Origin: Nitrososphaeria archaeon
Lineage (GTDB): Archaea; Thermoproteota; Nitrososphaeria; Conexivisphaerales; UBA164
Assembly (NCBI GenBank): GCA_049976505.1
Contig: JBMFIC010000003.1
Span: forward strand, 25,304 to 89,303
DNA length: 64,000 nt
Direction of reading: 5' to 3'
The notes beneath the pieces were generated by a model, which had not been told where the DNA came from, ran no database searches, and worked only from the letters and a program-made list of their open reading frames with translations. The translations under genes were made by a program, and so were the position numbers. Of this stretch, positions 8,775-16,978 are shown piece after piece; position 1 is the first letter of the stretch, and the number at the start of each line of letters is the position of its first letter.

Positions 8775-10292
8775 TCACCTCATGGACAGAGGACCAAGAG
8801 CTAGAAACGGAAGCACGGAGATGAAAACAAGCAACACAATGAAGAACGCCAGCACCAGCGAGAAAAGAGGCGTATTCGTTCTTATATCTGTCATTGAGAA
8901 GGACGGCTCCTTCTTAGAAAACGATTCAGAAAGCTTAAGTGCCAGATAAATCGGGACATATCTCCCCAAAACCATCAGCACGGAGGTTATTAGATTCAGG
9001 CTTATCGTGTTTCCTAAGAAGCCGTAATAATCGGAGCCGTTGTTAACCGCCGCAGAGACGACCTCCCACAGAAGCTGCGTAAAATTGAATCCTACAGAAA
9101 AGCTGAAGCCCTTTACAGAGATCAGGCTTATCGGTATTGCAGAAAGGACCAGAGCAAAATGAAATATATAGCCTATAACCGATAAGTTGATGTCCCTCGT
9201 ATCCAGCCTGAATCCAAGGTATTTCGGCATCCTGCCGCTCATCAGCGAGGAGAAGAATATCGTTATTATTATGATAAATAAAAGCGAAATGAATCCAGTT
9301 CCGACTGTACCTGGCAGGCTGTCACTCAGCATCAAAACAATGAATATCGATGTCTGTAGTGGGGAAAGGGCGCTGATGGGAAAGACCGAAGCCCCGGTAT
9401 TAGTAGCTATGGAGGCATAGAAGAGCGAGAGGGCGGAGATCGTGCTCATCTGCGAAGCTATGTTCTGTTTCAACGCAAGGGGCGTGGAGGCCAACAACAA
9501 TAACATCAATAAATAGTAAAACAGGCCAACAACAATGAACATTGTCGTGGAGTTCTGGAGATCTCTTGAAACAAGCCCAAAAAGAAAAACAACGCTGAAT
9601 GGGAAAAGATACAACAAAACGATGTAAAAATAAGCTACTGCAGCGCTTGGCATAGAGGACGCGGCAGCAACGCCTTGGGCAAAGTAGGCTCCACCGTTGT
9701 TGCCTAGAAGCGTAATGCTGTTATAATAAGCAAGAGGGGAAGGCAGAAAACCAGCCAGCCTTGAGAACGGATAACCAAAAGGCACGCCTAGCAACAGCGC
9801 GATTAGGCTTGAGACAAACGATGTCAGTGAGAAGATCAGCAAGGAAATAAAAAAATCGCTGTAGAAATTCCCGAGTTTTTTGAAAAAGATCCCCCTAATA
9901 GTTGCCACAACTGCGGACAGCCCAGTTGACGGCGCAACAAACTGCAAAAAGGTTAGACCGATGGTCTGGATGATGAACGGTATCTGTTGATTAACGTAGT
10001 GCTGAAGGTTCGTATTTGTGATATATGATGTGATGATGTTTAACCATAGCAGCCTATAATGTGATGTTACAAAGCCGAGCCAGATTGAAATCAACGCAAT
10101 AGCTGAGGCAAGCAGATTCACCAGCAGAAGGCTTCCGAAGTACTGAGTCGCATTCATATCATATCTGAATATGTAAAATAATTTGGAATCAAAGAACATC
10201 TTTTTAATTATTAGCGCAAGCATAAAAGATGATACTAGGGCTAAAATATTAGGCCCTATGAGCCAGACAATGTAGCTGAGTATTATGTTCAT
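8775..10292 (-). CDS. kdpA: Potassium-transporting ATPase, channel-like subunit A (divergent)
   Basis: 505 aa polytopic protein. The four KdpA selectivity-filter-like motifs are recognisable (SYITNTNLQHY, LGNNGGAYF, ATNTGAS, SAAVNNGSDY). Sits directly upstream of kdpB. Confidence 0.85.
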   Translation of the reverse strand: MNIILSYIVWLIGPNILALVSSFMLALIIKKMFFDSKLFYIFRYDMNATQYFGSLLLVNLLASAIALISIWLGFVTSHYRLLWLNIITSYITNTNLQHYVNQQIPFIIQTIGLTFLQFVAPSTGLSAVVATIRGIFFKKLGNFYSDFFISLLIFSLTSFVSSLIALLLGVPFGYPFSRLAGFLPSPLAYYNSITLLGNNGGAYFAQGVAAASSMPSAAVAYFYIVLLYLFPFSVVFLFGLVSRDLQNSTTMFIVVGLFYYLLMLLLLASTPLALKQNIASQMSTISALSLFYASIATNTGASVFPISALSPLQTSIFIVLMLSDSLPGTVGTGFISLLFIIIITIFFSSLMSGRMPKYLGFRLDTRDINLSVIGYIFHFALVLSAIPISLISVKGFSFSVGFNFTQLLWEVVSAAVNNGSDYYGFLGNTISLNLITSVLMVLGRYVPIYLALKLSESFSKKEPSFSMTDIRTNTPLFSLVLAFFIVLLVFISVLPFLALGPLSMR

Positions 10293-10293
10293 T

Positions 10294-10824
10294 TTACCTT
10301 TTTAGTAGCGTTCTACCCTTATCACTTATAGTGTATTTAAAAGGTTTTTTGTCGTTTGTTCTGATTAAATAGCCTTCAGCGTAGAGCTGAGCTAGAAGCC
10401 TAGATGCGTGTTCTCTTGTAACATTAAGCAGAGACATCACATCACGTGCTGTAATCTCATGTTCCATTGCTACAGAAAGAACCCTCAACTTGCTGTCGTT
10501 AATCTGAGGCGCTTTTTCCTTTGTTTCAACTAGGTGAATAGTGGAATCAACGTTGGTTATTGCAGGCGAGGTCGGTTTATGCACTTCCGAGCGTCCTTTG
10601 TTTATCTCGCCGAGCAAATCTTCGAGGACCTTAGCATTTGTAGCATAGCTTTTAACTATCTGATGAATTAAATCGATGTTTTCGGCGTACACTCTGTAAA
10701 TATAAATAAAAAAGGCTAGATCGATGGCTGAGATTATAAGCGCAATTACAGAGAGTATTAGTGATGTTGTGATAACTACCATGATATCCATATTGTGATT
10801 TGACATCAAAATAAGCTTTTGCAT
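10294..10824 (-). CDS. Membrane-anchored winged-helix (MarR/TrmB-like) protein, first gene of the kdp cluster
   Basis: One N-terminal TM helix (IMVVITTSLILSVIALIISAIDLAFFIYIY). C-terminal wHTH ITARDVMSLLNVTREHASRLLAQLYAEGYLIRTNDKKPFKYTISDKGRTLL. Its stop TAA is 1 nt from the kdpA ATG (TAAAATG). ATG at 10824 preferred over TTG at 10842. Confidence 0.5.
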   Translation of the reverse strand: MQKLILMSNHNMDIMVVITTSLILSVIALIISAIDLAFFIYIYRVYAENIDLIHQIVKSYATNAKVLEDLLGEINKGRSEVHKPTSPAITNVDSTIHLVETKEKAPQINDSKLRVLSVAMEHEITARDVMSLLNVTREHASRLLAQLYAEGYLIRTNDKKPFKYTISDKGRTLLKR

Positions 10825-10874
10825 CCTAATGATAACAACCAAAAAAGAGCTGCCATAAAGCCTGAAACATTTAT

Positions 10875-10892
10875 CTATACAAATTTGTATAG
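10875..10892. promoter_or_regulatory. Perfect 18-bp palindrome in a divergent promoter region (candidate operator)
   Basis: CTATACAAATTTGTATAG reads identically on both strands. It lies in the gap between the wHTH-kdp start (10824 or 10842, so 56-74 bp) and ORF 10899. Confidence 0.45.
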
Positions 10893-10898
10893 TACTTT

Positions 10899-11303
10899 AT
10901 GCCTACTATAAAAGATCATGAAATTGATAACACCGTATTAGACTATTTTCTGCAGAGCAGTTGTTTAACAAAATTGGAATTTATAGCTCTTTTTAATGAT
11001 TATTTGATGAACAATTCGCAGTTAAAAGAGCATTTTAAACACGATTTAGACAAATTTCTCAAAAAACCATCCGGCGAAAGATCAACTTTAAAAAGGAGGG
11101 GAATCGAAAACCTGACCAGCTGTTTTATGACGGTCGTTGCACTTTTAGCTTTGCAGGCGCTGAGCGGCGATGACCTGCAGCTTTTGATAAAGCTAGGTGA
11201 GACGCTTAAGGATGTGCTACTATTGGAGAATAGTGATGAAGTAGTTTATAACTTAAGATCTATATTGAAAAGAATAATAAAAAGGAAGGACACAGCTGAA
11301 TAA
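10899..11303 (+). CDS. Hypothetical helical protein (no recognisable family)
   Basis: 134-aa ORF in an AT-rich segment, divergent from the wHTH-kdp cluster. No motif recognised. Confidence 0.35.
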   Translation: MPTIKDHEIDNTVLDYFLQSSCLTKLEFIALFNDYLMNNSQLKEHFKHDLDKFLKKPSGERSTLKRRGIENLTSCFMTVVALLALQALSGDDLQLLIKLGETLKDVLLLENSDEVVYNLRSILKRIIKRKDTAE

Positions 11304-11312
11304 CTTGCTAAG

Positions 11313-12074
11313 TTAAACGTCTTGGCTTTTTATCTTTGATATTTCTTTGCAGATTTCATTAAATCGCTCAGGTCCATCTTTTCTTTCTATAAGATTTCCT
11401 ATTATGAGACCGTTCGCACCAGCTAGCGCAAGCTCACGAGCCTTTTCTGAGCTAGTTATTCCTCCACCAACAAACAGCAGCCCCGGGAACCACTTTTTGC
11501 TCTCCTTAACTATCTCTGGGGTTATTGGGCTGTTCGTTCCTGAGCCGCCTTCCAGATACACAACTTTGAATCCATAATGCTTTGCAGCTATCACGTATAA
11601 TGATACAAGCTCAGGTATTGGAGGAATCGGTCTTGCATGGCCAATGAAGGAAACCGCGCTGTCGGCGTTAATCACTATATAACCGGTTGGGATTGTCTCC
11701 AGCCTATATCGCTCTATCAGAGGAGAAGCCAGGACCTGTGCTTCAACCAAATAGTAGGTAAGGGACGAGTTCATCAACATCATAAAAAGTATGGCGTCGG
11801 CTTTTTTTGAAATCGAACCCACGTTGTTGGGAAATATTATCAGCGGACGATCTACTCTGCCCTTCATAAATTCCAGAACTCGGTCTATGTCCTCCTGAGC
11901 TGCAAGTGTAGATCCCCCCACAAGAAAGGCGTCAATAAAGCCCAAATCGAGGCTTGATATTACGGTCTCAAGCCTGCTGACATCCATGAATTTAACTGGA
12001 TCTATTAGGGGGAGACAGAGCTTCTTGCTTTTGCTCTTTTCGAGGAGCAGTAGATAAACTGATCCCTTAGACAT
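11313..12074 (-). CDS. Geranylgeranylglyceryl phosphate synthase (PcrB/GGGPS family)
   Basis: 253 aa. ..AFLVGGS.., ..YLEGGSG.., ..FVGGGITSSEKARE.. TIM-barrel phosphate-binding motifs of GGGPS. Confidence 0.85.
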   Translation of the reverse strand: MSKGSVYLLLLEKSKSKKLCLPLIDPVKFMDVSRLETVISSLDLGFIDAFLVGGSTLAAQEDIDRVLEFMKGRVDRPLIIFPNNVGSISKKADAILFMMLMNSSLTYYLVEAQVLASPLIERYRLETIPTGYIVINADSAVSFIGHARPIPPIPELVSLYVIAAKHYGFKVVYLEGGSGTNSPITPEIVKESKKWFPGLLFVGGGITSSEKARELALAGANGLIIGNLIERKDGPERFNEICKEISKIKSQDV

Positions 12075-12117
12075 CTAATATGGTAGGAATACGTATAATA
12101 TAAAAACCCTGCGAAAT

Positions 12118-13962
12118 CTACAGCTCGTCAGTAAGTGGCAGGCCCAGTATCTGCATTGCATCTGATATGACCATTTTGAACGCAAGAACTAGCGCCAGCC
12201 TGAATTTCTTCGTCTCAGGGTTGGGCTCATCCAGAACTCTTCTTTTTTCATAAAACACGTTGAACTTGAAGGCCAGATCATGAGTGTAGCTGGCTATAGT
12301 GGTGATCGATAAAGATCTGAGCGCCTTATTGATTACATAATCAAGCTTGCTCATCTGCAGCGCAAGATCTCTCTCCTCAGGAGAAAGCGCTATCGGTGCA
12401 AGATCAAGCTTCTGTTCCCCGGCTTTTTCAAGTATTTTTACTGCCCTCGCATAGGAGTACTGTATATATGGTCCCGTATCTCCCTCCAGCTTCAGGGCCT
12501 CGTCTATGTCAAAGACGATCTGTTTATCAAGATCGGGCCTAACGAGCGAGTATCTTATGGCAGCGACGGCCACTTTTTCTGCTACCTCCTCCTTATTTTC
12601 AAGGCCTGGGTTTCTTTCGTTTACGATCTTAAGGGCCGCCCCCTTTATGGCGTCCATCAAATCATCCAAATTATAATATATGCCGCTTCTGCCGGACATG
12701 TGGACGAACTCCTTCTCCACGGGCCGTTTCATCACCTTCTCTGCTGTGTTCTTTGAAAGCGCGACCAGACCGTATGCTATAACGTTGTAATTCATCTTTC
12801 CGGACAATGCGCCAAGCGTTTCCTTAATAAGCTCCTGCAGGGGCAGCTGTCTTTGATCGATTAATATATATGTTTCATCCGCAGGCCTGTAGAGCCCCTT
12901 TTCCCCTTCAGAGAGATCTGTGGTGTATAGAGGCGTTCCGTCTGGCTGGACTTCGTACACTTTGTAAAAGAAGTCATCCTTAATTATACCGAGCTTCCAT
13001 GCAGCATAGGTTAGGTCCTTTGCAGTGTAAACGGCCGTTCCATCGCTCCTCACCAGTATCTTCCTGTCCAAAAGCACCCAGCAGTTCTTATACTTACCCT
13101 CTGTAACAAACTTTAGGAGTCCCTTTTCCTTGAGCACCTCGAACATCTTATTCCAGTACCCCCCGTGAACAAAATGGCTTTCCCAGTTTAGCAGATCGTA
13201 TCTTGCCCCGATTCTCCAGGCGCTTCTTAGCTGCTCCTTTACTATCCTGTTAATTATGTTCTGCGCAAACGCGTAGATCTCCCCGCCCTTTTCGAGATCC
13301 TTAAGGACTTGGCTCCTCATCTTTTTAAGCTCCTCGTTCTCCTCAATCGCCCTGTTGGCGTTGACGTACACCACGTCACCGCAGTAATGATCGTACTTAA
13401 GATCGCTCTCTGTTGGGAACCCAAGATACTTAAAACCAACTATTAGATCGGCCACCTGTACACCTGTATCGTCGATGTAGTTTAACACGGTCACTTCATG
13501 TCCAACCCTTTTAAACAGTCTGTAAAAAGCATCGCCCAGAACGACGTTACGCGCGTGTCCAACATGCAGCGCCTTGTTGGGGTTCACGCTTGTGTGCTCG
13601 ATTATGATCCTCTTTCGCGGGCCCACGTTGATCTCTCCAAATCCTCCACGGTCTATCAGCTCCTTGACGAATTTAAAATAAAATATATTGGTAAAGGTAA
13701 AGTTGATGAACCCGCTTCTGTGGGCTTCGGCGTTGATTTCCTCCCTATTAATGTTAATCTGCCCCAATAATTCCTGCGCGATCTGAGAAGGAGGCCTCCT
13801 CAAGGCTTTAGCCATGAGAAATGCAACATTGGTCGTAACGTCCCCAAACCCCTTCTCTGTTGGCTCGCCCACGTAGAACTCCTTAACCTCAGGCGAAATC
13901 CTCTGAACTGCTTCCCTGATAGCGCTCTCTACCTCGGCAACCTTAGTAAGGAATGAGATCAT
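12118..13962 (-). CDS. argS: Arginyl-tRNA synthetase
   Basis: 614 aa. HTSVNPNKALHVGHARN (HIGH region), class-I ArgRS architecture with a DALR-type C-terminus. Confidence 0.95.
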   Translation of the reverse strand: MISFLTKVAEVESAIREAVQRISPEVKEFYVGEPTEKGFGDVTTNVAFLMAKALRRPPSQIAQELLGQININREEINAEAHRSGFINFTFTNIFYFKFVKELIDRGGFGEINVGPRKRIIIEHTSVNPNKALHVGHARNVVLGDAFYRLFKRVGHEVTVLNYIDDTGVQVADLIVGFKYLGFPTESDLKYDHYCGDVVYVNANRAIEENEELKKMRSQVLKDLEKGGEIYAFAQNIINRIVKEQLRSAWRIGARYDLLNWESHFVHGGYWNKMFEVLKEKGLLKFVTEGKYKNCWVLLDRKILVRSDGTAVYTAKDLTYAAWKLGIIKDDFFYKVYEVQPDGTPLYTTDLSEGEKGLYRPADETYILIDQRQLPLQELIKETLGALSGKMNYNVIAYGLVALSKNTAEKVMKRPVEKEFVHMSGRSGIYYNLDDLMDAIKGAALKIVNERNPGLENKEEVAEKVAVAAIRYSLVRPDLDKQIVFDIDEALKLEGDTGPYIQYSYARAVKILEKAGEQKLDLAPIALSPEERDLALQMSKLDYVINKALRSLSITTIASYTHDLAFKFNVFYEKRRVLDEPNPETKKFRLALVLAFKMVISDAMQILGLPLTDEL

Positions 13963-14656
13963 TAACCATCAGCCACTCCACTGATTCAATAACCCCCATA
14001 GGGCCTTGTCTTTTCGTTGTTATTAATTTTGTCAAACTCCGAACCTCGTCCCCTACGCTGAAGTTGTTATTGACCAGGAACGAATAGCCAGACTCACAAA
14101 ACATAGGCACGTCCACCTCGCTGTCTCCAATGCTGGCGACTTCTTCCTTCTTCAGCTGAAGCTTATATATTATGTATTTAAGCGCTGCACCCTTGTTTAC
14201 TTCAGTGGAGGAAAGGTGATAAGCAACTCCGCTGTCAAGTATCTTGGCATTTATTCCGCCACTTCTGAGAAGCTCGTTTGCGGCGGATATATCAAAATTC
14301 CTCTCGAGCAGTATCTCCGTTAGCCTGGGCATCCTCTGGTTTATTTTAACTCCTTCAATCCTTTCGGACAGGTAGTTGAAGGCCTTGAGCGAATCCTCGT
14401 ATCTGCCAAATATCTTAACGCGCGTGGGCTCCTTGTGGAAGACGACCCCACCATTTTCGCTGATTCCGAAATTCGCTAGGCCAAGAAACCTTGATAGCGT
14501 ATAAGTCTCAAAAACGCTTCTTCCAGTGGCAAGTATAACATTAAGACCGTTTTCCTGCAGCTTTCTTAAAAGAGAAACGGCTTCAAGATTCAGTTTCCCA
14601 TCCTTTTCTGTAAGCGTTCCATCTACGTCAACCGCAAGCAGCTTTATCATTCTCAC
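13943..14656 (-). CDS. HAD-IIB (Cof-type) phosphatase, phosphoglycolate-phosphatase-like
   Basis: 237 aa. LLAVDVDGTLT (DxDGT), ATGRS, GDSEVD motifs. Confidence 0.75.
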   Translation of the reverse strand: MRMIKLLAVDVDGTLTEKDGKLNLEAVSLLRKLQENGLNVILATGRSVFETYTLSRFLGLANFGISENGGVVFHKEPTRVKIFGRYEDSLKAFNYLSERIEGVKINQRMPRLTEILLERNFDISAANELLRSGGINAKILDSGVAYHLSSTEVNKGAALKYIIYKLQLKKEEVASIGDSEVDVPMFCESGYSFLVNNNFSVGDEVRSLTKLITTKRQGPMGVIESVEWLMVNDLIPY

Positions 14657-14709
14657 AGATCTAAAGATTATTAATTTAAATCAATAACTAATGATTTGTT
14701 CGCTTACAA

Positions 14710-14749
14710 TTAGCTAAAGCCCCGCCCTTCAGGGCGGGGAGGAGGTCAG
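14710..14749 (+). mobile_element. 40-nt solo-hairpin (MITE-like) derivative of the TnpB IS found at 38.4-39.9 kb
   Basis: TTAGCTAAAGC-CCCGCCC-TTCA-GGGCGGGG-AGGAGGTCAG. The 5' part matches the IS left end (CTTAGCTAAAGCC..) and the 3' part matches the IS right end (..GAGGAGGTCAG). It is preceded by TTACA, as IS copy 2 is. Confidence 0.55.
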
Positions 14750-14840
14750 TAGCTGAGTGTAAAGGAGGCATCTGGCAGATATAAAACTGCAATATGTTTG
14801 ATGCTTGCCCTGTGTGCGTTCGTTTTAAACTGGGGAAAAA

Positions 14841-14848
14841 TTTATAAA
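14841..14848 (+). promoter_or_regulatory. Candidate TATA box for the 5S rRNA gene
   Basis: TTTATAAA centred ~25 nt upstream of the inferred 5S 5' end. Confidence 0.35.
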
Positions 14849-14868
14849 AGCACCAGCCAATCATAAAA

Positions 14869-14985
14869 CAGCCGGCCATAGGGGTAGGGTCCTACCCGGT
14901 CTCATCCGAACCCGGAAGTAAAACCTACCACCGCCGCTGTGTTAGTGAGGTGCGAAAGCCCTCGCGAAGCAGCGGTGCCGGCGCC
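14869..14985 (+). rRNA. rrf: 5S ribosomal RNA (stand-alone, not linked to 16S/23S in this window)
   Basis: ..GCCGGCCAUAGGGGUAGGGUCCUACCCGGUCUCAUCCGAACCCGGAAGUAAAACC.. carries the conserved archaeal 5S loop-B/helix-III core. The terminal GCCGGC (14871-76) pairs with GCCGGC (14977-82). A T-run follows. Ends are +/- 3 nt. Confidence 0.8.
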
Positions 14986-14987
14986 CT

Positions 14988-15749
14988 TTATTTCTTAATT
15001 GCCTCGCTTATCCTCGTGTGTATTGCATCAACTATGTTGCCCTTTATGGTTCTCTTGTTAAACTCGTGCAGTATTTTTATCGTTATACCTGAAGGGGTGG
15101 TCACCTTCTTGGAAAGATCATAATATGTAATATTTCTCTTTAACAGATAGTACGAGGTCGAGTATGCCGTGAGGTTTGCGATCTTATCCGCAAGATCCCT
15201 CTCGACCCCAGCCAAGACCATGTACTCAGAGAGGGAATCCAAAAAGTACGCGAGAAGCGCAGGGCCGCTTCCCACGATCGGCACAAGCATATCCAGCGTT
15301 TTTTCATCAACGAGGAACGGTACTCCAAACCGGCTCAGGATGTCTTTGAGGCTCTGGAAGTCATCCTTTTCACAGTAAGCAAGAACTGGGGCCTTGCCGG
15401 TCTCTGATGCGACGCTGGTCATTATTTTACAGATTTTAGCGCCCTGAAGGTTCTGTCTCAGCTTTTCGAACGGATACAGCGCCACAACAGAAACGATGGT
15501 CTTTCCTGCGACATGGTTCTTTAATCTTTCCAGGAGGTCATCAACGTCGGCTGGCCTGACCGCTATAAATATAATTTCCGATGACTTGGCCAAATCTTCA
15601 ACAGAGGAGGCCCTGACGACGTTCTTCTTCCAGACCCTCCTGAGCTCAGATCCTCTATCATATATAATAATTCTATCCTGGCCCCCTCTGGAGAGGGCTA
15701 CGCTAAAAGCACGGCCCATGTTGCCTATCCCTATTATGCCTATGTTCAT
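14988..15749 (-). CDS. proC: Pyrroline-5-carboxylate reductase
   Basis: 253 aa. MNIGIIGIGNMG Rossmann N-terminus, ..TTPSGITI.. C-terminal motif. Confidence 0.8.
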   Translation of the reverse strand: MNIGIIGIGNMGRAFSVALSRGGQDRIIIYDRGSELRRVWKKNVVRASSVEDLAKSSEIIFIAVRPADVDDLLERLKNHVAGKTIVSVVALYPFEKLRQNLQGAKICKIMTSVASETGKAPVLAYCEKDDFQSLKDILSRFGVPFLVDEKTLDMLVPIVGSGPALLAYFLDSLSEYMVLAGVERDLADKIANLTAYSTSYYLLKRNITYYDLSKKVTTPSGITIKILHEFNKRTIKGNIVDAIHTRISEAIKK

Positions 15750-15816
15750 TCGATTATCAGATAACCATGAGGATGCATTTTTAAATATTACATAAGGATA
15801 TTTCTATGCTAGAACC

Positions 15817-16422
15817 ATGAGTACGAAAAATAATTATTCTCTGATAGTGCTTGCGGCAGGCGAGTCAACCCGTTTCGGCGAAAACAAGCTTCTGTTTAAA
15901 ATAGACGGCAGACCCATCATAAGAAGGGTTGTCGAAGAGTGCTCTCTGAAGGGTCTGGAGATAGTGGTTGTTACCGGGCACGAAAAGGAGAGGATCATGG
16001 AGGAGCTGAAAGGGATGGATGTTGTTTTCGTTTATAATCCGAAGTATCACGAAGGGGGAATGAGCTCCTCAATAAAAGCGGGAGTAGCCTACGCAAGCCC
16101 ACTCAAAGCCTACCTAATAACGCCCGGCGACATGCCGTACCTCAGCGGGTGGATATGCACGAGGATCATAGAGGAGCACGAGCGCACGGGCAGTAGGATA
16201 ATCGTGCCCACGTTTGAGGGAAGAGGAGGGCATCCGATCCTCGTTGACGTAAGCTTAAGGGAGGAGCTGCTAGGAATAAACGAGGAGTCGAGGGGCCTCA
16301 AGGGGTTTCTGGGCCAGCACGAAAAGGAAATACACAGAGTGGAGCTTGGAACCTCAAGGATCCTTATAGACATAGATTACAGGGAGGACGTCGTAAACAG
16401 AAAGCCGATAGACAAGCCCTGA
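15817..16422 (+). CDS. MobA/MocA-like molybdenum-cofactor nucleotidyltransferase
   Basis: 201 aa. LIVLAAGESTRFGENKLL (NTP-transferase P-loop-like motif), ..ITPGDMPY... Located upstream of the molybdo-hydroxylase genes. Confidence 0.7.
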   Translation: MSTKNNYSLIVLAAGESTRFGENKLLFKIDGRPIIRRVVEECSLKGLEIVVVTGHEKERIMEELKGMDVVFVYNPKYHEGGMSSSIKAGVAYASPLKAYLITPGDMPYLSGWICTRIIEEHERTGSRIIVPTFEGRGGHPILVDVSLREELLGINEESRGLKGFLGQHEKEIHRVELGTSRILIDIDYREDVVNRKPIDKP

Positions 16423-16495
16423 GCTTTAACTCTTTTTAAGTCTTAAAAGACAAGCTGTTAAAACAGTTTGAAAAATTTTATATTAGCTAAAAATA

Positions 16496-16978
16496 ATGTT
16501 ATCAGCAATGGAGATCACAGTCTCTTTTTTCCTTAATGGAAAAAGGGTAACGGTGACTGCTCCTCCTGCCAAAAGCCTTCTGAGGGTTCTTAGAGAGGAT
16601 CTTGGTGTAACCAGCGTCAAACCGGGATGTGAGGCAGGCGAGTGCGGCGCCTGCACCGTGCTTCTGGATGGTCAGGCAGTTACTTCATGTCTGGTTATGA
16701 TATCACAAGTAGAGGGCAAGCAGGTCACAACCGTCGAGGGTCTGGAGAGAAATGGAGCGCTAGATCCGATACAGGAGGCTTTTATTGAGGAGGGTGCCCT
16801 TCAGTGTGGCTACTGCACTCCCGGGTTCATAATGGCTGCGAAAGGCCTCCTGAACGAGAACCCGAACCCGACAGACGAGGAAATACTGGAGGGTATAAGT
16901 GGGAACATATGCAGGTGCGGGGCCTACCCCAGGATCGTCAGCGCGATAAAGAAGGTGGTGAAGAAGGGTGTCGTATGA
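16496..16978 (+). CDS. Xanthine-dehydrogenase-family enzyme, small [2Fe-2S] subunit
   Basis: 160 aa. CEAGECGACTV and QCGYCTPG..C.C dual [2Fe-2S] motifs. The start may be the ATG at 16508. Confidence 0.9.
   Translation: MLSAMEITVSFFLNGKRVTVTAPPAKSLLRVLREDLGVTSVKPGCEAGECGACTVLLDGQAVTSCLVMISQVEGKQVTTVEGLERNGALDPIQEAFIEEGALQCGYCTPGFIMAAKGLLNENPNPTDEEILEGISGNICRCGAYPRIVSAIKKVVKKGVV

Noticed and set aside
10294-10842. Interpreting the single-TM 176-182-aa protein upstream of kdpA as a divergent KdpC.
   Set aside because: Size and a single N-terminal TM are KdpC-like. However, the soluble part is a clear winged-helix DNA-binding pattern with no resemblance to the KdpC core as I recall it. It is therefore kept as a regulator hypothesis.
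14688-14879. 63-aa ORF between the HAD phosphatase gene and the 5S rRNA.
   Set aside because: It covers the IS-derived hairpin and the 5S promoter. No coding signal, and it is better explained by those elements.
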